Sequence record: SRR20825006_1225
Length of the DNA: 64,000 nucleotides
Strand: one strand, 5' to 3'
The stretch's first letter is position 1, and every line of letters begins with the position of its first letter. Shown piece by piece: positions 19,523-28,867 of this stretch. A program made the translations under genes and the position numbers. The notes under the pieces were generated by a model. It worked only from the letters and a program-made list of their open reading frames with translations, ran no database searches and was not told the origin of the DNA.

Positions 19523-20524
19523 ATGAAGAATTTATTTATACTATTTACTATCCTCATTATCTTTACTAGTTGTAAAGAAGTTCCAACATTTCAGAATGAA
19601 AATATTTACGATCCTGAAAGTAGTAGTTACATATTAGGAAGCCCTTCTAATTTAACATTAAATACCTACTCAAGTTATACCGCAGTTTCATGGAGCAAAT
19701 TACCGTCTAAATATATTACTGGGTATCAGTTATTTCGATCTCATATCGATTCTCTACATTATGAAGAAATAGCAACAGTACCTCGAGAGGGGAATAACTA
19801 TAATGACCTAGGTGCGGGCAATCCAATTAATGTCTATTACAAATTAAGAGCTTTTCTTATTCAAGAGTCTGATACAATTTTTTCAGAGCCCATTTATTCA
19901 AAATTAAATCGAACCTTCTATCGTATTCATGATGCTATTTTAATAAATGAAAAGGATATTGAATTTAGAATTGATCATGGTTTTACTGAGGCTAATGATA
20001 TAACTATTGAACAGAAGGTTGGGGATGGTGAATTCGAACTCTTGACCAAATTTAAAGCAAACCGATATACGGATATGATCTACTCTTATTCGGAGTTACC
20101 AACGGAAGAGATTACCTATAGAGCTTTTGTTGAAAACAATTATGAAAGAACTGAATATTATTTGACTAAAGCTTTTACTGATCTAACTATAATTCCCAAA
20201 CCTCTTGAAATAATAGAGGGTGACGAAAGTTCTGTAGTAATTAAGATAGATACCACTTCATATGTAGATGAAATATTCTTATACAAATATGTTTATGATA
20301 TAGATGAACAAGATGTGGATAGAATTCTTATAGCTCGCTACCCTAGCTCACAAACCATGATTAAACTAGAAGGCCTAAGCAACCTGACTGACTATGACAA
20401 TAAATTTGAACTGCATGCACGAAAAGGCGCTTTCATCTCCCGGAATTATACACCAATAACAATATATAACTACGATGGCTCGTCTTGGACCCTTTCGACC
20501 TCCTATTACTTCGATGAACCTTAA
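19523..20524 (+). CDS. Lipoprotein with Fn3-like domains (family B, short form)
   Basis: Lipobox 'FTSC'; 'PSNLTL...VSW...ITGYQLFRS...YYKLRAF' Fn3 pattern. Confidence 0.7.
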   Translation: MKNLFILFTILIIFTSCKEVPTFQNENIYDPESSSYILGSPSNLTLNTYSSYTAVSWSKLPSKYITGYQLFRSHIDSLHYEEIATVPREGNNYNDLGAGNPINVYYKLRAFLIQESDTIFSEPIYSKLNRTFYRIHDAILINEKDIEFRIDHGFTEANDITIEQKVGDGEFELLTKFKANRYTDMIYSYSELPTEEITYRAFVENNYERTEYYLTKAFTDLTIIPKPLEIIEGDESSVVIKIDTTSYVDEIFLYKYVYDIDEQDVDRILIARYPSSQTMIKLEGLSNLTDYDNKFELHARKGAFISRNYTPITIYNYDGSSWTLSTSYYFDEP

Positions 20525-20531
20525 AATCATT

Positions 20532-21536
20532 ATGAAAAAGGACCATAGAACATACCATTTATTTTCTTTCATTTGCGCATTTACACTGCTCTTTTGTGTG
20601 GCAAACAGTGCTCAGGCACAAACTGGCTATGTGAAATTTGAAAGCAATGCAGATTCTTTTAAAGTTGTCGTAGACTACAATTACTTGGAGATTTATACAG
20701 TTTCTAGTGGTGATTCTATCGAAATAAAGCAAGGCTTGCATAATCTCCGTCTATCCACTCCTTTTACTCAGGATCGCTTTATTAGAATTAATGTTATGCC
20801 CGAATCAACTAAGCTTGTTTACTATACGGTAGAAGAGCTTCCAATTAGCATTGATAATCTCGAAAACAATGTTTCTGCAGCACAATACTATGGAGCTACT
20901 TTAATCCTTTTAACCGACGAGGATACCGACATCTTTTATGAAGACAGTTATGTGGGAACAGGTTACGCTATGATAAATGCTTTAAATGGCAACAGATTAA
21001 TTCGTTATGAAAATAAATATGGCTACAAAAAGAATGTCAATTATAGGATAAAGACAAGTCGAGTTACTGCTGCCTCCCAATTTTTGAAACCCACAAAAAA
21101 GGTAACTCAAAGTGCAGCTATTTTCCCAGGAGCTAGCCAATTGCTAAAAAGGCAACGCGTAAAGGCTTCGATTTTTTTCACTGGAACTGCAGGAGGAGCT
21201 TTAATAGCCATCATCAATAACGTAAAGTTAAACTCAGCCATCGAAGAGTACGACAACACCTACTTTTTTTATAAAAATGCTACCGATGAAGCTTATGCAT
21301 CCTTATTAGGAGATGAGTTAAAAAATTTAGCTGATAATTCAAAAAAGTATGAACGAAATAGAAATATAGCACTTGGCACAACTCTTGCCTTCTATTTATA
21401 TAACATTTATGATGGATTAACCTCTATCCCAAAAGGTGGATTTAAAGACGATAAAGGTCTTGATTTCTATTTCTCTGACTCTGATCTAACCGGTGGTGGA
21501 ATGAGTTCTACCGCAACAATTAAGTATAATTTTTGA
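20532..21536 (+). CDS. Exported PEGA-like + DUF5683-like membrane-hairpin protein (family A, copy 2); ATG at 20532 preferred
   Basis: Signal peptide ending 'AQA-Q'; colinear similarity with 18517..19518; 'AAIFPGASQLLKRQRVKA'; ends 'TATIKYNF'. Confidence 0.6.
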   Translation: MKKDHRTYHLFSFICAFTLLFCVANSAQAQTGYVKFESNADSFKVVVDYNYLEIYTVSSGDSIEIKQGLHNLRLSTPFTQDRFIRINVMPESTKLVYYTVEELPISIDNLENNVSAAQYYGATLILLTDEDTDIFYEDSYVGTGYAMINALNGNRLIRYENKYGYKKNVNYRIKTSRVTAASQFLKPTKKVTQSAAIFPGASQLLKRQRVKASIFFTGTAGGALIAIINNVKLNSAIEEYDNTYFFYKNATDEAYASLLGDELKNLADNSKKYERNRNIALGTTLAFYLYNIYDGLTSIPKGGFKDDKGLDFYFSDSDLTGGGMSSTATIKYNF

Positions 21537-23707
21537 CGATGCTAAAAGTACTAATCAGTGTAATAACACTAATCCTTATTTTTTCTAGCTGCAGTACTGC
21601 CCCCGAACTTAAGCGGGATAACGAACATGATTCTGAATCAGAAACCTTTATACCAAAGTCTGCTAAAGGTCAGAACTATTTAATGGATAGTAAAAAAAAT
21701 GTCATTGTTGGTTGGATTAACACCTCTACTTATATTACTAGCCATAAGATTTACAAAGCCATAGGTAATGACACTACATTTAAATTATTAGCAACACTTC
21801 CTCCTAATGCTACCAGCTATTTAGATGATTCCAAAGAACTAGCTTTTCCAACTTCCTACAAATTAATTTCTGTATCTGGAAATTCTCAAAGTGAAGAATT
21901 ATTGATTCCTATTAACTTTGGTAGAATTACCTCTATCAATGGTGAGATCAATAAAAATGGAACCCCTGTAATAACTTGGACTGACGATATAGACTCGTTT
22001 GATGGCTTTCTAATTCAAATAAGTACAGATTTAGACACCACATTTAGAACCATTAAGACGGTAAATACTACAACACAGACTTATCAACTTAACACCATAT
22101 TACCGGGGTTTACAAATCGCCTTTTAGTAAAACCATTCTTAATTTTTAAAGGAGATACAACTACTCTCGATGGAGCCACATATCGGTTTGATACTGGTGC
22201 TCCAAGTAATTTACATGCCGAATTAGTTGCAGAAGATAGCGTTCGCCTAACTTGGGTGGATAATTCGGACTTTGAAGACGGTTTTAAAATTTATCGAGAT
22301 AACAATAGTACCATAATAGCAGAAGTCCCACCGAATACTACTGAATATACATGGTTCAATGATTTTAGAATAAATTCGAAACATGAATTTGGTATTCAGG
22401 GCTTTAAGAGTGACTTGGTTAGTATAATTGATCCAACTTCTTTTACTGTAAACGTAGCCTCACCAATCATCACAAATCAAGATTCTAACACAGAAAATAC
22501 CTTCACTTTTAACATTGGTGAGCCCTCAGGCATAAATAGGGGGTATACCGTTTTGCGAAGTTCAAATGGCGGTTTATATACTACTATTGGAAATGTATCA
22601 AAGAGTGTGAAAAGTTTCACCGATACAAACTTGAATAAAGTGTACATGTATTCCTACAAAGTTGAAACTAAACTTTCTTCTGAATCTGAAAGTATTTCAA
22701 CCATTTATGGCTTACATCCTACAGAAAGCTCAACTATTGAAGTTGATAATAAGCTTTACAGTGCGAATGAAGAAAAACTCTCACATTTAACTACACAATC
22801 CTCTCTTATCTTACGTGTAAAAAGTACTTCAAATTCAGGGTCTATACTTTCAGTTTATAACAGAGCTACTCAGAGTCTTGAGAAAGACATTGAATTTGAA
22901 ACAACTCCTTCTATATACTTTCCAAGAATTTCAGCTTCTGAAAATTCTATTGTATTCCTCAGTTCTGCTGTTTCAAGTAAAGTTCATACTATTTCAGTTC
23001 TTGATTATAACACAGAAGCTCTAATAGACACGTACGATTTTGAACTTAAAGAAGGCATTACTTCTTTAATCTATGACGTTAAGCTACTTTCTGATGATAA
23101 TTATGTGTTAATATCGAGCAATAGAGGCCTTTTTATTTACAATAGACAATTGAGAACACTTGCGCTCTTTAAAGAGCTTCAGGAAGGTGGGGTTTTCTAC
23201 AAGCTTGCATTTTCCGATAACGGTTCTTTTTTACTGGCTTTTGATAACCATACTATTTTCAAGTATCGAATAGATAATGGAAACTCTCTCACTCAAGTTT
23301 CCGAAAGTAACGACTTTCCTAATAATACATTCTCAATCACTAATAATGCCAGTTTCAGCTCAACTGGCGACACCGTTGCAGTAATAATAAATGGCTCTTA
23401 TTTCATAAAGGATTTATCGACTGGGATTACGCTTTTTGATTCTGATTATAATTCATCACCAACAACACATTCTATTGAATATTTAGATGACAACAGTGTC
23501 GCTATTATTGGCAACAATTCTTTTAAAATCTTAAATCGAGGTAGGGTAACAAAATCAATTTCTCTTAACTCTACATTACGAGGAAGGCTTAAATATTTCA
23601 GAGATACTAAAACTCTAGTTGAATTCAGGAATTATCTTTATTCATCACCTCTTAATTCAGTCGTTTATCATAAGCTGAAATACCAATGGCGTAATATTAA
23701 CCTATAA
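21533..23707 (+). CDS. Lipoprotein with tandem Fn3-like domains and probable C-terminal beta-propeller (family B); start may be the ATG at 21539
   Basis: Lipobox 'FSSC'; 'APSNLHAELVAEDSVRLTWVDNSDFEDGFKIYR'; blade-like repeats such as 'LAFSDNGSFLLAF'. Confidence 0.7.
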   Translation: MTMLKVLISVITLILIFSSCSTAPELKRDNEHDSESETFIPKSAKGQNYLMDSKKNVIVGWINTSTYITSHKIYKAIGNDTTFKLLATLPPNATSYLDDSKELAFPTSYKLISVSGNSQSEELLIPINFGRITSINGEINKNGTPVITWTDDIDSFDGFLIQISTDLDTTFRTIKTVNTTTQTYQLNTILPGFTNRLLVKPFLIFKGDTTTLDGATYRFDTGAPSNLHAELVAEDSVRLTWVDNSDFEDGFKIYRDNNSTIIAEVPPNTTEYTWFNDFRINSKHEFGIQGFKSDLVSIIDPTSFTVNVASPIITNQDSNTENTFTFNIGEPSGINRGYTVLRSSNGGLYTTIGNVSKSVKSFTDTNLNKVYMYSYKVETKLSSESESISTIYGLHPTESSTIEVDNKLYSANEEKLSHLTTQSSLILRVKSTSNSGSILSVYNRATQSLEKDIEFETTPSIYFPRISASENSIVFLSSAVSSKVHTISVLDYNTEALIDTYDFELKEGITSLIYDVKLLSDDNYVLISSNRGLFIYNRQLRTLALFKELQEGGVFYKLAFSDNGSFLLAFDNHTIFKYRIDNGNSLTQVSESNDFPNNTFSITNNASFSSTGDTVAVIINGSYFIKDLSTGITLFDSDYNSSPTTHSIEYLDDNSVAIIGNNSFKILNRGRVTKSISLNSTLRGRLKYFRDTKTLVEFRNYLYSSPLNSVVYHKLKYQWRNINL

Positions 23708-23751
23708 GGTTTGATTACTCTCATTTATGAGCCAAATAAAGTACTATTTAT

Positions 23752-25938
23752 ATGAGTTTTAAAACCATACCACTATTCGCTCTAATAGCTTTTATCGCTA
23801 GCTGTAGTACTGCTCCAGAATTTAAGAGGGATAATGCGAATGACCCTAAATCAGATAATTACAAATTGGTTCCTCCTTCAGGAGCAAACTATCAGCTTGA
23901 TGAAAGTGGAAATGTTGTGCTTTTCTGGGAGGACAAATCCGACTTTGAATCTGGGTATAGAGTATTCAAATCATTGGGTGAGAATGGTGAGTTTACTTTA
24001 TTAGCAGAACTAGATAAAAAATCAGACTCCTTTATTGATTCCTCAAAAGTATTCGCATACCCAACAAAATATCATATTGTTTCCTTCTATAACCAGAACG
24101 TCTCCGATACTTTAACTATTGACATCGATTTTGGAAAAGTTTCAGCATTAAATGCCGAGTTCAGTGATGATTACGAAGAGATTAAGTTTTCATGGAATGA
24201 TAATGTTTTCGAGGCTGATGGTTTTATTTTATACAGTAAAATAGATTCTACTTCTGAATCTAAATTTATTACAACATTCCCGAGCTCTCCTAAACACAAT
24301 ACAATTCAAACTCCTAAAATTGGTTATATTCATGAATACAGCCTAACCCCATTTAAAATTTTTGAAGCTAATACTACTACACTACAAAAAAGTGACTCCT
24401 CAATAATAAAATTAGGACCCAAAGATTTAGACCTCAACTTGACTACTGTAGACTCTTTACAAATTACCTGGAAAGATTTATCTGATTCTGAAGAACATTT
24501 TCTGATTACTTTAACAGACCATTCAGGAACTGAAAGCTTTGAAGTTGAAAAAAACAATACAACTTATACAATACATAGAGCATTTCTAAAAGATGAAGAG
24601 GTTGTTGTTACTTTAAAAGGTGTATACAACTCTTTTTCTTCAGAGTACATTACTAAAGACTTTAAAATGTCTTTACAGCCACCCTCTATAAAACGCTTCG
24701 ATTACCGTGTTTCTGATGACGCTACCATCGTTATAATATCCGATTCAACGCAAACAAGAAGAGAAAAGAAAATATACCGTAAAACGAATAATTCAGGATT
24801 TGTTGAAATCGGCACTGTTGCAAAAGGTGATTCTGTGTTCATCGATAATTCCTTGGATAAATCAAATATATATTCGTACTCAGTCTCAGCCCCACTTTCT
24901 AGTACTAGCCCCAACAAATCGATACGCTTTACGAACATATTAACTCCAATTAATAAAGTGGAGAGCCGAAAAAGAACAAGCTTTAATACTTCATTCTTAG
25001 CCCACAATCCAGAAAAAAATATACTTGCCTACCTAACCACAGATGATCAATGGGTTCTTTATGTGGTTGACTATATAAATGGGACTACTTCAAAAGAGAT
25101 TAGTCTAGAATCTAGAATGTTAAATATTACTATAGATAACGATGTAAATACAATAGTTGCATCTTCGCTTGTTGATAAAAATAAAATGTACATAATTGAT
25201 ATAAATTCTGAATTAGTTGACTCTTTATCATTTGGAACATCTGACATTCTTGAACTTAATTTTTCAGGCACCTCAAATAATGTTTTTGCCCTTATACAGA
25301 AACCCGATGAAAATATTGAATTAATCTCTATTGATTTAGAAGCTAAAACTACAGAGCTACTTGAAACCCTTAATACCAAAGATCGATCAATTAAACTTCA
25401 TATAAATGATGCCAAAACAAAACTAGTTGTCAAATATACGGTCGAGGGTTCTTTAGAAGGAACTTTTATATATAGATTTTATAATCTTACGGAGACAGGT
25501 ATTGAGTTCTATAATGAGCAAACCACTGTTGAAAATTTAAACTCAACTTTTACTTTTTCAGCGAATTTAGACACAACAATTATTGCCACAAAAAACGAGA
25601 ATGAACTCATCATGTACGACTTCAATTCTCAGAGTAATGTATTTAAAGGTAGTTTCAGCATAAGCGATAACTACTTTTTTAATAGCACCACATTACTCAA
25701 TAATGGGACCTTTTATCTTCAAGACGAACAAAGCGCTTTTGTTGTTGATACAAAACTTAGTGGAAATAAGATTTCTCAGCAGCTAGATTTTAGCGGTATT
25801 CCCATTGCTGGCGAAGTACTTTGGAATAATGAATCCAATTATCTCATAGATTTTAGAAGGTCTTTTGACCCCAATATAATGTCATATTATACTGTACTAA
25901 TAGTTGAACAAGGTTGGGTAGAAGTAATTGATAACTAA
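23752..25938 (+). CDS. Lipoprotein with tandem Fn3-like domains and probable C-terminal beta-propeller (family B, paralog of 21533)
   Basis: Lipobox 'IASC'; 'VLFWEDKSDFESGYRVFK', 'LQITWKDLSDSEEHF'; 728 aa versus 724 aa and colinear with the upstream gene. Confidence 0.7.
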   Translation: MSFKTIPLFALIAFIASCSTAPEFKRDNANDPKSDNYKLVPPSGANYQLDESGNVVLFWEDKSDFESGYRVFKSLGENGEFTLLAELDKKSDSFIDSSKVFAYPTKYHIVSFYNQNVSDTLTIDIDFGKVSALNAEFSDDYEEIKFSWNDNVFEADGFILYSKIDSTSESKFITTFPSSPKHNTIQTPKIGYIHEYSLTPFKIFEANTTTLQKSDSSIIKLGPKDLDLNLTTVDSLQITWKDLSDSEEHFLITLTDHSGTESFEVEKNNTTYTIHRAFLKDEEVVVTLKGVYNSFSSEYITKDFKMSLQPPSIKRFDYRVSDDATIVIISDSTQTRREKKIYRKTNNSGFVEIGTVAKGDSVFIDNSLDKSNIYSYSVSAPLSSTSPNKSIRFTNILTPINKVESRKRTSFNTSFLAHNPEKNILAYLTTDDQWVLYVVDYINGTTSKEISLESRMLNITIDNDVNTIVASSLVDKNKMYIIDINSELVDSLSFGTSDILELNFSGTSNNVFALIQKPDENIELISIDLEAKTTELLETLNTKDRSIKLHINDAKTKLVVKYTVEGSLEGTFIYRFYNLTETGIEFYNEQTTVENLNSTFTFSANLDTTIIATKNENELIMYDFNSQSNVFKGSFSISDNYFFNSTTLLNNGTFYLQDEQSAFVVDTKLSGNKISQQLDFSGIPIAGEVLWNNESNYLIDFRRSFDPNIMSYYTVLIVEQGWVEVIDN

Positions 25939-25961
25939 AATGAGATTTTTCAAATTGTCGT

Positions 25962-25983
25962 TTAAATGGAGAGAGCCATTTAA
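25962..25983. terminator. Hairpin between convergent genes, possible terminator
   Basis: TTAAATGG-agagag-CCATTTAA; no clear U-tract. Confidence 0.4.
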
Positions 25984-26003
25984 CAACCAAGATTAGTAAT
26001 CAA

Positions 26004-27044
26004 TCAAATAACACCCAGTCCATCGGGTTTCCACCATAAATCGGGAGTTTGAGCTTTACTCAGGAATTCATTACTCACCCCTTCTATTGCTCCGTTAGTG
26101 GTATACACTGTTTGTAGTGCACTTCCATATTTAGTAGCTAGTTCGCGTACTTTATCTTCATTTCCTTCAACCCAGTGAAGCGTAAAATCGAGTTCTGGAA
26201 ATTCTTCTGTTTCCTGAATCAAGAAATCGTTCATCCAAGCTTGTTCTCGCTCAATCGCCTTGTTATAAGCAAATTGATGCGCCAATATTTCCTTTGGTTT
26301 ATTTAGCTGGGGGTGTTTCAACCAAAAGGATTCCACATAGTCCTGAAAATGGCATTTAAGCTTCCCAAATCGAATTGGGCTTACAACTACTGCCACCGAT
26401 CGACATCCGCGCCCTCCGTATCTAAAAACAGCCTCTACTAAGTCTTCCATGCTTTGCTTGCTCTCATCTGGAATATACGCCATAGAAAATTTAGCACTTC
26501 GCATAACCCATTCAACACCTTCCGCAACAGATTTTTGCGCAATCGCAATTTCCTTCACCGTATCGATAGAACTTTCTGCACCAGCAAATAAGACCTTGTC
26601 AGCTTTGATACCAGCAAATTGATTGAAATCGGTGGAGTATTGAATGTTATTCTCTAGGGGAAATTCATCCAGTTTCTTGAGAAAACTTTGCAACAGGTAC
26701 GGATCTTTTCGCGAGAGTTTACCAAAATAATCGGCTCCAGAAAGTATAGTTCCTAGCGCATCTTGAAATCCAACCAAAGGGAGGTTCCCCGCATGTAAAC
26801 ATAGAACTTTAGAACCAAAACTATTCTTTGTTTCACTAAGTCCTGCTCGATTTGCCCACTCTTCAATTTGACCAGATTCTATATTCTGCTTTAGGGCTCT
26901 AATCTGAAATTTAATGTCTTCATAAGAAAACAGCTCTTCATCAACCGTTTGTTCAATGGCTTTTTTTAGAACTAGGTTATCAGGCTGCAACCACTCTTTA
27001 GCTGCCTTAGCAATTGTTGAGATATGAGATTTCATCGAGCGCAT
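26004..27044 (-). CDS. LuxC-like acyl-CoA/acyl-protein reductase (aldehyde dehydrogenase fold, short form)
   Basis: 'HAGNLPLVGFQD', 'KLSRKD', catalytic Cys motif 'FRYGGRGCRSV'. Confidence 0.8.
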   Translation of the reverse strand: MRSMKSHISTIAKAAKEWLQPDNLVLKKAIEQTVDEELFSYEDIKFQIRALKQNIESGQIEEWANRAGLSETKNSFGSKVLCLHAGNLPLVGFQDALGTILSGADYFGKLSRKDPYLLQSFLKKLDEFPLENNIQYSTDFNQFAGIKADKVLFAGAESSIDTVKEIAIAQKSVAEGVEWVMRSAKFSMAYIPDESKQSMEDLVEAVFRYGGRGCRSVAVVVSPIRFGKLKCHFQDYVESFWLKHPQLNKPKEILAHQFAYNKAIEREQAWMNDFLIQETEEFPELDFTLHWVEGNEDKVRELATKYGSALQTVYTTNGAIEGVSNEFLSKAQTPDLWWKPDGLGVI

Positions 27045-28030
27045 TAATCTTGATCTATTAAGAAATTACAGCCACGTAAATTCTGTGGACTCCATCTGCC
27101 TAACACTTTAAATCGCCCACCGTCTCCCATCACGCCTTTATCTCCCGTTAAAATAAAAGAGCATGAGTTCATGTTCGCCAAATCCATCACTCCAATCATT
27201 CCTTCCGTTCCATTTTCTACAGTTTCCATTGGGTTTTCTGGATTTCGGATAGAAACATTCATCCAAGGCACGCATTCAAACCATTCATCACCCAAACTAT
27301 ATGCCTGGCTCAGTAATTCAGACATTCCATACTCTGAATGAATTTGAGTTTTTGGTAAAGCAAAACCATCCGAAAGTTTTTGATGTAGCTGAGTCTTAGT
27401 CATCTCGCGACGATGAGTTTTCATCCCTCCCGTTTCCATTACTATGGAATTACTAGGAATTTGAACTTCGCTAATTTCCAGCAAATCGAGCAAACCAAAA
27501 GCCGCACCAAAAAGCATTAACTTCTTCCCTGATGAAGTAACCTTATCTAATTCATTCTGCGATAAGGTTTTATTTAACTCTAAGAATCTACTTAATCCAG
27601 ATTTGTCTCCATCAATCAGAACATTGAGCATCCAAACTAGTGATGAATGTGGATTGGCGTTGTAGCCAGGTGTATAAGCCCAGATTACATAATTATCCAG
27701 TGCATAAAAATGCTTCATCCCTGCAATTACCGATTTCTTGTACATATAGGTATCTAGCAAATAATGAGTGCTTTTTTGCATCCCAGAAGTGCCACTACTC
27801 TGAAAATAAATCAGCTTATCAAAGTTAATTTCCGAAAGATTTTCTACCGTTATTATCTGCTTTTCTTTAAAAGCTTGAATGGGTAACAGTGGGATTTCAG
27901 AGTAATCTTTAACCTTCTGAATACCGAGCGCCTTACAAAACCGCTGGTAAACGGGATTATTCTCAAATTGAAACTTAAAAGCGGCTATAGCTTTTTCGTT
28001 GAAAGTAATTTGTGGTTGAAAAATATTCAT
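27044..28030 (-). CDS. LuxE-like acyl-protein synthetase (LuxE/PaaK-like adenylating enzyme)
   Basis: 'FQSSGTSG' adenylation loop, 'METGGMK', 'HSEYGMSELLSQAY', 'TGDKG', C-terminal 'GR...LRGCN'. Confidence 0.85.
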   Translation of the reverse strand: MNIFQPQITFNEKAIAAFKFQFENNPVYQRFCKALGIQKVKDYSEIPLLPIQAFKEKQIITVENLSEINFDKLIYFQSSGTSGMQKSTHYLLDTYMYKKSVIAGMKHFYALDNYVIWAYTPGYNANPHSSLVWMLNVLIDGDKSGLSRFLELNKTLSQNELDKVTSSGKKLMLFGAAFGLLDLLEISEVQIPSNSIVMETGGMKTHRREMTKTQLHQKLSDGFALPKTQIHSEYGMSELLSQAYSLGDEWFECVPWMNVSIRNPENPMETVENGTEGMIGVMDLANMNSCSFILTGDKGVMGDGGRFKVLGRWSPQNLRGCNFLIDQD

Positions 28031-28033
28031 TAT

Positions 28034-28867
28034 CTATTCTTTTGGGATAGTGATAGATATCAATTTATCCTCACTTAACACAAATAGTAGCTCTTCAGTT
28101 GCCACAAAATCTTTAATGGATTTTACAGCCTTCACTTCGATAAAATCCTTTCTTTCCATTCCACTTTTGAAAAGAGTATTTCCTACCGAAATCCACATTC
28201 CATTCTTACTTTTCCAGAATGTTTGGGCTCCTTCAGCTGGATAGAAACTCTCATAAAAACCATTTTCCGAAAGCTGATGAATTACATCCACTTTTTTGTC
28301 TAAAATGAAAATCTTATTCTCACTCAGTTGTAAACCTGAGATATCTTTTACTTCCGATGGAATTGGAATTTCATCTAAAAAAGAGCCTGATTCATTGAGC
28401 TTTATCAGCTTTTTTGAGCGTTTATCATAGAAGAATAATTCCCCCACTTCATTCACCCCTAACCAAGTCGGTTCAATACGAGACATATCTCTAAAAGCTG
28501 TAAAGTTCTTTATGGAACTCAATAATTGCCAGTGTTTATCAAATACTTGGATACGATTATTTCGTAAATCAGAAACAAATATTTTCAATCCATTAGTGGC
28601 ATCAATATCAAAAGGAGAATTGAATTGGTAGTCGCTAGAGCCTTTATTCCCAAAAGTCTGAAGAACTTGACCAGAGCGATCTAACTGGAGAACTCGACTT
28701 TTACCTTGCTCAATGATATACAAGGCTTGCTGAGTTACAAAAAGGGCAGAAGGTTCATCCAACCCAGAGTATAAAACATTGGTAGAATTTGAATTCGCAA
28801 CGGATTGTGCATTCGCCGACGAAATGCTCGCTAGCAGTAATAGTGCAATAATCCGAAGTGTTTTCAT
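28034..28867 (-). CDS. Exported NHL-repeat beta-propeller protein
   Basis: Signal peptide; 'QFNSPFDIDA...IFVSDLRNNRIQVFD'. Confidence 0.8.
   Translation of the reverse strand: MKTLRIIALLLLASISSANAQSVANSNSTNVLYSGLDEPSALFVTQQALYIIEQGKSRVLQLDRSGQVLQTFGNKGSSDYQFNSPFDIDATNGLKIFVSDLRNNRIQVFDKHWQLLSSIKNFTAFRDMSRIEPTWLGVNEVGELFFYDKRSKKLIKLNESGSFLDEIPIPSEVKDISGLQLSENKIFILDKKVDVIHQLSENGFYESFYPAEGAQTFWKSKNGMWISVGNTLFKSGMERKDFIEVKAVKSIKDFVATEELLFVLSEDKLISITIPKE

Noticed and set aside
18440-26003. Mobile element or prophage origin of the A/B cassette
   Set aside because: No integrase, transposase, tRNA target or flanking direct repeats seen.
26004-28030. Bioluminescence operon
   Set aside because: No luxA, luxB, luxD or luxG in the window.
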